Below are positions 50,617 through 64,000 of a stretch of DNA of 64,000 nt, one piece after another (within the stretch, counting starts at the first letter, position 1; each line of letters opens with the position of its first letter). The stretch is from Podarcis gaigeae (Eukaryota): NCBI GenBank assembly GCA_964106915.2, contig OZ066916.1, one strand, 5' to 3'. The position numbers were made by a program, and so were the translations under genes. The notes beneath the pieces were generated by a model. That model saw only the letters and a list, made by a program, of their open reading frames with translations, searched no databases and was not told where the DNA came from.

Positions 50617-53193
50617 CTGGAAAATACACGTGGTTATTCAAGGTAAAACATACAATCTCCTATATAAAAAAATATCCTTCCCTCCTACCTTTTCCAAACA
50701 AGATAGTGCTGGCTTATATCAATATGCACAGGGTAAATTAGACATTTGACACTTTAAAAAATATATATCTGGTTAGTTTACTGGTCAAGTCCTAATCATA
50801 TCATGTAAAATAATATTAATGTGTTTAAAAATTTAACTAGATTGTGTTAATAATTACAAAGACATGTATCTTCTAGAAAACTTCACAAAATTACTGCTCC
50901 CAGAAACTTGAGAGAGTAGCAAAGGTCAAGGCTTTCCTTTTAAAAATCAAATACAATGGGCTAAATCAGCCTTTTCCAAGCTCAGGTCCCTAGTTGTTGT
51001 TGGTATACAGCCCACATCAACACCAACCACCAGTCATGTTTGAAGGAAATAATGGATGTTGCATCTGGGCACCCAAGGCTACAGAAGGCTGGGCTAAGAG
51101 GTAGTCCGAAGCCTTGAGCACTTGCAATCTATGCAGGGTTGCTCCTTCAGGAACTCCAGAAGCTGCCTTATACTCAGTCAGGCTACTGTTTCATCTTGCT
51201 CAGTAACTAGCAGTGACTTTCCAGTTTTCAAATGGGGTTTTCTCTGTAGATGTAGGGACTGAACCTGGAACCTTCTACATGCAAAGCACATGTTCTGCTA
51301 ATAGAGCTGCAGTCCTTCTCCAAGAGCTATGGTCCTGCCCTCAAAATGTTCCGGCAACTGTAGCTAAGTGTCTATGAACAGCTGTAGAATTTCCAAACAT
51401 AAATCAAGTAGTCCCTGAGCATTTTCAGAGCACATTCATCTATTATAAATTCATTTGGGTATTTTATACCCTGCTTTTAGGATTAAAATTTCTCAAAGCC
51501 CTTTTTTGTTAAGTTCACGAAGAACTGATGTCTGTCTCACCATTAGGCTGACTACCTAGGATGGATGCAGTGTGAGAGGTGTAAATCAGCAGTGACAGGA
51601 GGCTGTCTGAAGTAGGGGAAGAAGCTCAATAAACCAGGGTTAGGGAACTTGTGATGCCCCTCCCCCAGCTGTTGGACTCCTAACTCCCATCGGCTTCGAG
51701 CAGCACGGCAAATGGTCAGAGAAGAGTTTGAGTCCAGCGACAGTTGGGATCTCCACCAGTTCTCCATCCCTGCAATATGTGAAATCTAAGTATTCCCTAC
51801 AAAATAGTGACATCACTGCCTTATTAAGGAGTGCATGCATTTGCACATACATACTCATTACATACAAGTGGTCAAACATGTAGTAAATTGAACAGCTTTC
51901 CAACTCCAGAACAAGTATAAAAAGTATAAAATTGCTTGAAAAAGAAGACACACAAAAAACACAACCCACAAGTAAAAGATCCTGCAAGCTGAATGTAGAG
52001 ATTTAGCCAACTCCACCTAGCTTTCTTCACTGCACCTTCCATAGTCATTACATGCTGGTTTCTCTGTTGAGAGATACTGTTTACTAATCTATTTCACATA
52101 GCAGGGTCCTAGGGTTTTAAAGGTCCCCTCCACCTGCTTGACTGGCTTCAAGGCATATCCTTCCTTTCTTTTCTATTGGTGACCAGTTAAAGTAATACAG
52201 TACAGCTGAAAGTGTGTACTCACATATGCTTGTTTTAATAAATTTCAATTCACAGAAAAATGTGGTAGATTTGTACATGCATATGGGCTATCTAGTCCAA
52301 ATCAGTAGCACTAGCCTAAGGAGATCATATGTTGCAGAAAAGCAAAAGAACTTCAACTCTACAGGTAATACTCAAACATCTGACAAGGCTGGGCCTGTAC
52401 AGAATACAAACTTCATTTATTTGCTCATTTCAAAGTCGTGAGGCGGCTTAGATAACCAGCTGAGGACTGCATCCATCAGAAATAGCTCTTTTCCCACAAC
52501 AGTGATCCTTACCCAACCCCAATAATGCTACTTGTTAAAAATACCTGATTGCCTGAAGAAGTTCACCCTTCATGGGTCAACACTGAATAATTTAGGTCAT
52601 TTATTTTAAATATAACTGATGCGGCTGAGCAAATTCCTTCTCTCCCACCTGTCCACCCTTCAAATACCAAACACTGTGAGGGTGCTTATACTTTATGAGG
52701 AAAACACCTCTTTCCATAAGACACTTCAGTTACACTGCATGTTTTCACTGTGATAACAGATTCATAGCAGAGAAAATGCTAATAACTACTTGTAACACAT
52801 CAAGTTAATGCTTATACTGCTCACCTTTTATATCTGACAAGATCAGTTGTGTGCTTCTGGTATAAAACCAGTATATCATACAGGCAAAGGGAAATGGCTA
52901 GATAATAAATGTGTTTGAATTTATTAATCTTGCATAAGAGTCCCAATTCAGGAAGAGCAATCCACACACATTAAAAAGGCTCCAGGCATGATTTATTTTT
53001 TTAAAAAAATCTGACAGTCACCCCTTTGGTCAGTGCAGATGGTCAAGTTCAGTTTTGCAGTGCCAATATCTAAAGTTGGGTATGGAGAGACTGAATCCTG
53101 GCAATCTAATGTTTTGGCTGCTCCAATATCCAACACAGCAGCATGATGCTAATGTAGCAATCGTAGCTATTTATTAAAGAAGTTGTTTCTTAC

Positions 53194-53250
53194 CCTCTCT
53201 TCTATTATAGGAAGTGAAAGATCAATGAAAGGTTCCTTTACTGTGGAAAT
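53194..53250 (-). CDS. USP45: USP45 coding exon
   Basis: ISTVKEPFIDLSLPIIEER; 57 nt. Confidence 0.95.
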
Positions 53251-56229
53251 CTTAGAAGAAAGTAAAAAAAGAAATATATCAAAGTGGAGTATGCATCATT
53301 TCTGGTTTCCTTCATGCATTAGAATCTATAAACAATATCTATAAACAATAAACAAAATTATGTTGTGAACCACCCTGCGATGAAGGGTGGTAAACAAATT
53401 TAATAAATAATAAAAAATTAATAATATCTGCCTAATTCAAAAATATTACACACATTAAGGTTTCTTTATGTAGTGAAGAACTTCACAATACTGTTTTAGA
53501 AATGAAGTGACTGTGATTTCATTTTGGTTGTGTTGTTGTTGTTTTTTAAAACAGCAAAACGGAAGTATGAACACTGTCAAAATCTAGAGATAGGCATAGA
53601 TTTCATTTTGTCTTTTAGAACTTAATTTCAATACTATCAGAACATTATTAGAGGCTAAATTTAGGCACAGAAATCTAAACATGTTTAGTTTTTTGCTGTT
53701 TTACACCGACTTTAACATGCTCCCCTTTCTCTTAACCACTAGCATTACTTTAGGCTTCAGCAACACAAGAACTCTGGCAATGGGCCTATACTAATAAGCA
53801 GAGGCAGCAAAATGCCCCCACTTAGAGACTCCACTGGAAATCCACACATTAACATTTAAAGGTGGGTCATGTTTCTTTCAAAGTTGAACTTTGAGAGACA
53901 CTGATGAAGTCTTTCCAGATACTAGGAGAGGGAGGGGGAAAGAAATATTTTTTCAAGTCCAGCTACAACTGTATCAATGTGGTGCCTGCCAGCAGGATTC
54001 TAGCCTTGTTTCCTATGGACAGGGACTCTCCATGTCCAAAAAAGCAAGCCAACGTTTGCAGTTCAGGGCACCGGTTTCCAGCGACTAGTCCCTGCCAATG
54101 CTGGCAAGGGAATACGAGTCAGAAACTTGTTTACCAGGGCTGTAGATAGCTCATGCCTGACACCAGCATGAGCAGGATTGCAAGGATGAGGCCACAATGA
54201 TACAGAACAGTTAATCTTTCTGGCACCCCAATCCTAGCCATATGCATGGATCTAGCTGCTTGCAAAGGCTTTGGCTCAATGACATGTTTTCTGACATTTT
54301 GCTTATGAAGTATTCAACATGCATCACAATCGGTAATTTCCTGGTACAGCAAGTCTTAAGGATGTATTTCCCTCGGTGGTTTTTCCCAGGAGGTATCTTG
54401 GGAACAAATGGTTCACACAGTTGTTGCAAGATGGTAAATCCCACATTTAAGAACAATTTGCCCCCCAGGGACATTCTGATCTACATTGTGAGGAACACTG
54501 CCCTCTTTCAAGGTAGCAAATCTGGCTCCAGTATTTCCATTTATGCAACTGTTCAGCATCATCTCTATGCCAGTAGATAACATCATGAGTAAACATTTCA
54601 ATATGCCACTTCGATGCCACAGACTGCAGGGCTTATTCAGGAATAAATTGTTTTACTGCTTTTTGATGGTGCAGCATAATAATACTCTAAAACAGGTGTG
54701 GCTAACTGTTTTTTACTTGAAAGCTGACCAAATTCACTACTGACCAACCCTTCAGGGTCCACATGCCAGTGATAAGTGTGGCCATTCCACACATAGGGGC
54801 AAACAGCTCCCCCCTTCTCAGAAAATCCATGCAGATCAGCTAATTTCAAATGTTTGAGCTAATGACTGAGAAGGTGGAGATTTGGATTCCCATAGGGGTG
54901 CTGGGCTCTGCTCACCTTAGAGCTATCTCTACTTTGAAGTGTGTAGAATTATATTTTTTTGGCCAGAGCTGCAAATTCTGAGGTCTTGAAGAGCAAAGAA
55001 ACTGACTTGGGGGGGGGGTTGGATCAGGTCCCCAAACTGGGGGTTAGCCACCCCTGCTCTAGAAAGAGGAGGAGCATCATGGAATGATTAAAATCGTCCC
55101 TTGTTATGCTGGAGTGGAACTGCGTGGTGTGAACAAGTTTGTGGAACAGGGCTAAAGGCTATAGAAAGATTGAAGTCTTTCAATGATGTACTGTATTTAG
55201 ATTGATATTATAAAACAAGTCTACTGAAAGTTATAATGGAATTGCCACACTGGGGAATATCTCATATTTGCTAAAATATGAAAGCCAATATATTGTCAGT
55301 TGGTAGAACTATATAAGGCTGCTGAACAACTGTCTGTCTACCAGTCTTTCTACCTACCTATCACCCAGAGCCAGCCTCAGGGATCATCAGCATTGTTGGG
55401 CAACAACTGAGGCCCATGGCCTTGCGGGGGCCCTCTGCCAATCCCTGGAATCTCTTGGCCCTCTTGTTGCTTCCTATTTAACTGCTCTTGAATCAAAAGG
55501 AAAATTAGGGAAGCAAGAAGGACTCACATACCTCCCCCACCCAACACACACTCTCTCTTTCTTGAAATTGGTGGAAACAATCTGGAGGGAGGAATGAACA
55601 GGTAGTGGAAACAGTAGCAAGGAAAAGGGTTAGGGAAAAGTTAGGGAAAAGGGCGCACTGAAAGAATTTTGTCAAAAGACCTCACCACAGAAAAAAAACC
55701 TACCCCCATTTATAACTGGCACTACTAACAGCTTCTGGGATATTAGTATTTTCTGCAGATGGCATTTTTAGTTCCATGCTGTGCATGAGGAACTAGCTAA
55801 GGAACCCTGAAGATCATGTATAAGCACACACAAAGACCTATAGGTCTTTGATGATAATGTGACAAACCTGCAGAAGGGCTGAGAAGAACATCTAGTTTTT
55901 CTTCAAGCAAGGAAGCAGCTACATGGCAGCTAGAGGGATATGTTATACTTAATGCATAATTAGTTTTTGATCTTACTTTCATTACAGTATTAGAATTCAG
56001 ATCTCCAACCTAAAATTATCCAGGTGATCAGGGTTGTTGTTTTTTATGAAACTCCCTTCTCTATATGAAAGTGAAATTTAAAGGGTTGCACTTTGAAATA
56101 ATCTGTTTTCTAATATACTATTGCAAGACATTGATAAAACAGACAGTACAGAAGTTAATCAAAAAACACAGTACATTCACATCATTAAGTGATCTTTTAC
56201 TTTAACAAATCAAATTCCAGAATACCTAC

Positions 56230-56321
56230 ATTTTCACATTCCTCACACATGATAGTGCTAGTCAATTCACCAACAAAGATCCTATCTATGAAGTTCATCT
56301 TCACACCCTCTCTTCCATATG
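56230..56321 (-). CDS. USP45: USP45 coding exon
   Basis: YGREGVKMNFIDRIFVGELTSTIMCEECEN; 92 nt. Confidence 0.95.
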
Positions 56322-57552
56322 CTGCAAAAACATTACCCTTTTTTAAAGGAGGAAACACATACATCCATTCTAAAAACAATTCATTCTAGGATTTTCTTCT
56401 GAAAACAATTAGTGCATTGTAAGTAAACATCTGCAATACTATCAACACAGAAACGTTTCCATTCAGCAGTACTTAATACAGTTTTTGAGAGTGATAAAAC
56501 ATTTAGTTTTGATTTCTGTTTCAGATAGGTAACAGCATGTATTTCAAAATGAGGGATTAAAATGCAAAATATGACTATACCTATCCATATACCAGTACTC
56601 TTACATAGTGAACATTTTATTATGCTATACAAAGCATCAACAGCACTTCAGAGTGATCCCACTATGTTTTTCCTCCTTGAGTAGTCTGCCTTAAGTATTA
56701 AAGAATTAACATTTAAGGCAGACTCCTTTGCGGGGCAGGGAGAGGAACTTTTGGTTTTCGTATTCAAAACAAGACTCCATAGTAACTTGTAATAAGATAT
56801 CAAAAGCAAATACTTTAACATAAATCATAATGCTTGTGTTGTAAATTCATAGATAAAAATATATTCCAGCTCATGTTTTTTGTATGTGTGCTTTGATATT
56901 TTGACTCATGCAGCTGTTAAGGCAGTCCTGCTGGTTTTGCCTGAACTTGCTTCCCAGTAAATGTGGAATGTGGCCGTATAAGGTTACAGCCTTATATCTC
57001 TGTCTTACAGGGTAATTTATGGACAGCTTAATGCCGCAGTTTCTAAGTGGTGATTTGCCTTGAACTAGACTTCACAGACTCATCCTCCAAGGGCTGAGAA
57101 AAAGGGGAGGGTGTTATCCATTCCTTACTCCTCTAGCCTTCCCCAAATTGAATCCTCAACTTAATTAGAATATGTATACTTGAGCAGAGGGCATCGAGCA
57201 GGACTTCCTGACCCACTTAAAATTCTAACTTCTCCATATATATTTTATACAGAGGGCTAAAGACGGAAGACAACCTAGCTATGTGAATCATAGATATGTG
57301 AATCATAGCTAGATCAGGGAATCACGTTACAAGTGTGGAACAAAATGATCAATGGGAGTGTTTTGCATGTGCACTAGATGGCACCAGAATAATAGGCACA
57401 AGCCCTGAAAAAGCCACACGGAACCTCCAGTGTGAGTCATCTGAATGAAATTACATATTCATGAATACAATATTTCATAGTCAATTCATCTGCAAAAGCA
57501 AACTCAAACCAGACTCTGTGCAAGTTAACACAATGGCACATTTGCTAAATAC

Positions 57553-57634
57553 CTTTGACTTTCCTTTTTGTCTCTTCGTCTGCAGTTTTAGTGGTTGGAT
57601 TATTGAATGCTTTTAAGATTGCAGCTTGTATGCG
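57553..57634 (-). CDS. USP45: USP45 coding exon
   Basis: RIQAAILKAFNNPTTKTADEETKRKVK; 82 nt. Confidence 0.95.
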
Positions 57635-60600
57635 CTGTAAGAAACATTCAGAACATATTTTATTTGTGAAAAGTTCAGACTTGCAAGTATATATAAGTGA
57701 AAAATATTAAACGGAACAAACAACAACAAATAAGAAGAACACTTGACAATACTGTCAAAAATACGTAGCCTCTTACACTTTATACATTGTCAGTAAATTT
57801 GAAACTTAAACTTAACTTAAATATTAACTTAAATTGTTAATATTAAAGGTTTCCTTCAGCTGCCCCACTTCAAAGATAACTATGTTTCTTCAGGCAAGTA
57901 GCAAACTGATTACAGAACTGTAGAATGATTATCTTTTTCCCTCCCTAAAAAAGCCATGGGAGAAACCCTGAAATGCCAAGTAGAAGACAACAAAATTGCC
58001 ACCCTAATTTAATTGTTTTAATGGAAAAATGCAGCTGTATTTACTGAGCCAGCTTTCTAACATAAAGGACAATGACAAAAGTAATTAAAGTCAACCCCGT
58101 ATCTTGGTGATGGGGTATTTGTTACAGGGCCCAGAACCTGTGGCTCACCAGATGTTGTTGACCTACAACTCCCATCATTCCTGACCACTGGCCATGCTGG
58201 CTGGTAGCAAAGGGAGTTATAGTTCAGCAGCAGCAGCTGGAGGGCTACCAATTCCCTGCACCTGACATAGAATCTATAAAAAAACACTGGTATGGTATAA
58301 TGGCTAAGAGTGTGAACCGAAGTGCCCAGTTTGCTTTTGCCTCAATGTATATGAATATATTTAACATTTCAGCTTTCTCTCGCTATAAACAACAGAAGCA
58401 AAGAGACAAGGCAATCAGAATTGGGCCTGTGTTGCATGCAGGACAGAGATTAGCTCTTTCCCCCACTGTGGTCTAGAATGAAATAAAATACACAGACACA
58501 CACTGAACCCTGCCAGGGAAGATTCCATCAGAGTCAATGGAAACTTTATTGCTAGGACTTATAATGACTTCAGGGGGATACAATTTCCACTGGGACTACG
58601 GGGGAGGGAGTAGAAAGGTTAACTCCTTCTCCCCATACATCATGGTTCCAATCCTTAGGGATGCCCCCCTAGCACAATTAACAATTGTGTTAGGGAGAGT
58701 GAGGCCACACACACAACTGAACTTCTGAAAATAGAAAATGTTAAGTATTAAATAAAGCCATAATGTTTGGGGGGTGGGTTATAGCTAAAACATATATGAA
58801 CATGGCATTCAATGAAAATCTAATTATATAATCCACATATAGCCAAACATTTAAGTACCTTAAGTATCTTCCAACTAAGTCATGTTTTACTTTGCAATGA
58901 CATTCTAGATATGGGCCTTTCTAAACTCATTCCTCACATGTGCTGATAAGATGTGTCAGTGTCAACATCAGAAAAGAAGAGGGGAAAAATACAATTGTAT
59001 TTCTAACTTTGAAATGATGTACTTGCTCCACTTATACACCTTAAACAGAGAAGTACCATGATAAATGTATTTTGAAATATTAACTACATCACTAGTGCAC
59101 CAAGTAACAGCTTCTACTTCACGAGTATCTGACCTGGCTAGTGTATTAACTCCCAGTGCCCCAAGCTCTTTGTTCATCTTAAATCCAACAATATACTAAA
59201 GAGGGCTAATCAATAAATAACTCAGCAAGTTGGATACCATAAATGGGTTTAAGGCCATAAGCTACTCCCTTTTTGTTGGGATGAGTGCGTTGAACCATTT
59301 ATTTAGGTCAAAGAAAACATAGTCTTTGAAGGGTTTGGGTGCAGCTAACAATGGCATCAGACATTAATCAATTAGCAGCAGGGTTCAAATACTTCAAGCC
59401 CTGGTGTGAAGCATCTCCAGTGCACAATGTTGGAAAAACCAGACAACGTGCAATTTTGACTGTAGTATTGACTATTTCAATTTGCTGTGCCATTTTCAAA
59501 AAAGGCTCACTTATACATTAATGTAATTTAGAAGGATGCAAATACAAAGAACACCAAGTGTTTGGGAATAAGGAAGCATTCAGAGTCCACAAATGAGATT
59601 ATCAGCATGAATGAAAATTTGAAAGCACTTTAACAGGAAATAAAATGCAGGATTGACAAGCAATAGAGACTCCCTGCACTAAAAAAAAAAAAAAGTTGTC
59701 ATAAATTTTAGTTTAAAATAGTCTTTATATTACTGTATTTTAAAGGATCAGAAGATTTTTTATTTTAAAAACTAAAGATCATATTTTTAAAAAATTATAT
59801 TTTAATTTATGCAAAATAGATGGTTCAGAAATAAAAGTTTATTATAGGGAAAGTGAAAAACATGGCTATTTGGCATTTTAGCAAGACTGGTCTAAACTTT
59901 TACACTCAGAGTAAATACATTTAAGAGCAGCGTGAAAAACAGGAAGTTTTAAAGGATTCTGGTGGCAGACAGATTGCTCTAGGCTTCCCTTCAAATAAAA
60001 AACAAAACACATGGTAGTGACACTCTCTAACAACAGCACGATTAACAGCTGTGGGGTTCCCATGACAGACAATGTTGCTCATGTTTTGTTTCAGACTGGC
60101 ACAACTGTCACGGCTCACAAGATTGACCAGATCTACAAATCTGACATTTTCAGTTTGTCACACATCTATAAAATCAAAAAGGGGGAAGGGGGGGAAATCC
60201 CAAGAGCTTTTACTAGTAATGTCCCTTGCTGTGATGCCTGAGGTGATAAATTCCCAGTTCATACTATTCCACCATTATGGCAAAACGTGGGTTTAATTGT
60301 TATCAGGGGTGGGATCAAGCTTTGTTTGTCCGTAAGTGGAAATGGGACTAGAAAACAACTTCTACGCAGCTTTTCTTTTTCTGGTTTAAGTAAGACTAGA
60401 ATGCATAATTATTGGCAAGGTAATGAAATAAACAAATAACTTTTAAGGCCCAAGGGTGTGTGCTAATTTTGGTTTATTTATTCTAACATAGTATTGGCCA
60501 ACATTCTATTATAGGCAAGCACTTTCTTGCTATAAAATTTTGCACAAAGCGATCAAGTGTTTCAAGCTATCAGTTGTGAAAATTAATATCTAATTAATAC

Positions 60601-61296
60601 CTAAACAGGGAAAAAAATCCCCCATTTCTACTTTTGGTTCTAAACTAAAGCATCAGCATGTCTGAAGTGCTCACGCAACAATCTCAATATTTCCCCTCTA
60701 TGTTTAACCTATAACTTTATTAGCTAATTAAGCATTAGGGATACTTTTATACTCCAACACCCTAATAGTGTACATGCAAAACCAAAGCATATTGTAAGCA
60801 ACCTTGTCCACCATACACGAAGAGCATTTCAATAAAAGCAAAACATGTTGTGTGATGATGACACAGCTGGACTGTGTGACACAGGACTGTGTGCACCCCA
60901 TTACATTGGTTTATTTTCCAGCTGAACAAGTTAGAGGGAGAACCCAGGACAAAGAAAGCAGTTTCCACATTGACTCATGCCATGTAAGATTTTCTCGTCC
61001 TTATTTACACTTTACAGTGACATCTAAGATTTGTGGCTTCAAACCAAGGATTCCACAAGCTATGACAAACAACCTGGTAGCCAGACCTTACTGAAGCTAA
61101 GGAGGTGTAAAATTACTGAGAGCCTTATGTTAAATTGCCCTCAGATTACTAAACAAAGGAAGACATGAATACAACTAAATAGGAACAAAAAGGAACAAAA
61201 ACAGACACATATTTGCTACTATTGCACAGATGTGTTACCTTTGCTGGGCCTGGAGTCCAGGGGTCCTCTCCATGCAGTAATATCTTTAATATAGAC

Positions 61297-61403
61297 TCAT
61301 AGAATTGCAGAGATGGAGGGGACAGCACGGATCATCTCATTCAACACCCTGCAATGCAGGAATCTTTTGCCCAACGTGGGGCTTGAACCCAGATTAAGAG
61401 TCT
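61297..61403 (-). mobile_element. tRNA-head/CR1-tail SINE remnant
   Basis: CR1-like tail as at 39775, plus GCCCAACGTGGGGCTTGAACCC (reverse of a tRNA B-box region). Confidence 0.55.
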
Positions 61404-61499
61404 ATTCTGCTTGTCTCAACTACCACATCAGAGCACCAAAAAATAGTTGAAATGTAAATTTAAGTCTACTGCCTACTTATTGATTTACAAACATATCAC

Positions 61500-61587
61500 C
61501 TTTGTCTCTTCTATTCTCATTGCATCTAGCAAATAGTGGAGAACTTCTTGGCTGTCCTGCTGTTGAAATCCCTTAAAGCGAGGAGCC
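61500..61587 (-). CDS. USP45: USP45 coding exon (QQD box); upstream exons lie beyond the window
   Basis: [29 protein letters not shown]; 88 nt. Confidence 0.95.
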
Positions 61588-64000
61588 CTGCAAAACGGGA
61601 GAGAAGAAATGAGTACATCTCTAGCAGATGAGTTTTCAGATTCAATAATAAAATCATACGTTTTCTAAATAAGGTAATTTATATACAAATGTGTGTTTGC
61701 TAAGGAATCAAAAGAAAACCATGGCCAAAAAGAGAAAACCACAGCAAGAAACAGGAATATATAAAGGTGAAAGGGAGGTGGAAAGCATATAAGCTTCAAT
61801 ATGAGACATAGCTGAGAGGCAACAAAACTCAAAACTGTAGGGGCAACGCTTGAGAAAAGAAACAAACTTATCACAGTGGTGTCAAGTTTCTCCTACACAA
61901 GTGAATGGCTGCCATTTGCTCCTATGACAAAAAATAAATGCTGGAATCGTGGCCAAAACCACCAATCCACCCCCTCTGAGATCAAATGGCTGATCTTAAA
62001 TCTGCAGAGATGTTCACAAATTTATCCAGGCAGCCAATTTTCAGAAGGACAGTCCACAGGGCATTACGATTTTAGAATAAATGCTGGAAATTTACAGACC
62101 TTCACTCTGAACACATAATGACATGGGTTTTTTTTTTTAGTTCCAGTAAAAAATATTTAAAGGTACTTGAGTTTTGGTATATTGAGGGTTATACAGCACC
62201 TATTATAAAGTATATGAAGGCTAATCTTAAAAGTCCTTCAATATGTAGAAGAGCAGGTAGCTTGCTTCTTTGTTGAAAAGAGCAGCAGAGTATTGTCACA
62301 TTAGTGCAGCAAACATGGGACATTTCATTAGCAAAGAAAAGGAGTGCACACTACCAGCTGTCTTAGATGCACAATGCCAGGTGCTTAATGAAAATTAAGA
62401 ATAAGTTTTAGCTCACCATTACCAGCATTGTTCCTATAAAAATATTCAACTTTCCATAAAAAGACTGTGGCCCTGTTCACACATAATAGTAAAATATAGT
62501 TAATGGTTTATAATAATCACACCTGAGTGGTCTCTTTCATTCTTCCCTGTTTGCGCTAGGGAGAAGCCATGCAAAGCCAGGCTTTCCTGGTAATCAAACT
62601 GGATGTACTGATCATAGTTTGCTAAAACAAACCATGATCTCTGGTTCAGACATAACACAAAGGGAGGGATCAAATTCCCCACTGCCTGCTCCCCCCTCCC
62701 CCCCAGCAAATATACAGAGTAGTGAAAGAGTCTTCTTAGGTGCATTCACAATAAATTGTTAACTGTGGTCTGTCCAAGCAAGACTGCAGAATGCAAATGT
62801 GATAGATACATGTATCAGGCTTATAAATAGTGATTAGCCATGGCAAGTATGTACTGTATTGTCTCAAGGTGAAGAGGCCAGAAAGCATTACAGAAGTTTG
62901 ATCTTTATTTATTTTAGACCTAAACACAGATCAGCTACAGACTTTGGTGGACTGATTTCTTAAACTGAAATATTATATTCAGAGACTGGTCAGTTTTAAA
63001 ACAAACAGTAATTCTTACAGCAGAATACTATACATTCTTATCTAAGCTGCCACTGAAAGGCACTATCTCATGGGAAACTGAAACTTGTTTGTAAATACCA
63101 GTAAATGTCAAAGCCATTACTTATTTGCGTAGAGAAGTGGAACGGGACACATGCACAACGCCTGTCCACTCCTCTTGATATACAATCCAGAATATAATTG
63201 ACAGAACACAGCTTATGGTGATATTTAATAAAACTTGAAGTTATGGGGAAAGAAAGAATTTCCTGCTTTGGCCTGTTCCACCTTTTAATAAAATTAGAAG
63301 AACTGATTCCAATTTTTGTTTTAGCCTAAGGAGAGATGTTCTGAACAGTAGGAGCAGCAGAAGAATTTTCAGTGTATGTCAGCAACTTGTCCTATATACA
63401 GTAATTTCATTTGTCATTTGCCTAACCAAGGCCTTTTCCGTCAAGGTCTTATACAATTGTACCAGTTAGTGAATACAAGAAGAAAAATGTTAGAGCTAGC
63501 CCAAAATTTCTCATAAAGTATTTCTTTCTGAAATTTTCCCTTTTTCTCACTTACAGTTGAAAAAGAGGACACCTTGCAGAACATTTTCTGAATCTTCTCT
63601 GCCATTTATTGTGACACAAGCCATCAACACACTTTCTACTGGAACTACTTACATTTTCCTCTAAAAAACCTCAGTTTTACTCTCTCCCCACCCCCACCCC
63701 ACCATTTTATTCACAACAAGTACTTGTGAAGTAGGCTAGGACAGGCTAAGAGATGAAGGCTGGCCCAAGGTCACACACTATAAAGGTGTAATCAACACAC
63801 TTTTCAGTATAAAATGACTAAAGTACAGCAGTTTAAAAATAAGACATTTCGTGGTTAAGCCAGTTGCTTAAGGCCTATGAGCAATAAATATTAACCTCTG
63901 TTAACATACAATACTGCACTAAAATTCTTAGTGAGAAATGGAAAGATTTCTACAGGAAACCTTTGTCAAAAAAGCTAAAGAAAGAAGAGTGGGGGAGAGT

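Noticed and set aside
54230-54720. Possible second Penelope-like relic (SKHFNMP-like peptide)
   Set aside because: The similarity is too faint to call by eye.
61590-64000. Next upstream USP45 exon
   Set aside because: No sequence encoding the expected PGPLTSALFLFLHSMKE-like peptide was found; it probably lies beyond the window.

Overview
Eukaryotic (vertebrate) genomic DNA, very likely from a squamate. A lacertid-type lizard is suggested by Sauria/Squam1 and Squam3-like SINEs and RTE-BovB fragments. Three spliced genes lie head-to-tail on the minus strand in the conserved amniote order. (1) The 3' half of USP45: 10 coding exons at 40722-61587, with the 5' exons outside the window. (2) PNISR/SFRS18: CpG-island promoter at about 33.3 kb and coding exons at 15791-26810; one short exon runs into a 158-N assembly gap, and there is an alternative terminal exon. 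(3) Complete COQ3: 7 exons at 4390-12300, 359 aa, with all splice phases consistent. Introns and intergenic DNA contain SINEs, LINE fragments (BovB, L2, CR1, Penelope-like) and several MITE families. The most unusual items are: a young hAT-type MITE (8-bp TSDs, 17-bp TIRs) carrying a variable array of 22-bp units built on the telomeric GGGTTAGGG motif, with 3 copies in the first 10 kb; a degenerate type-I hammerhead ribozyme at the end of a Penelope-like relic; a Tc1/mariner MITE carrying CRE/ETS/NRF1 motifs; and a PNISR stop codon that overlaps a splice donor. All calls were made by eye, without database searches.
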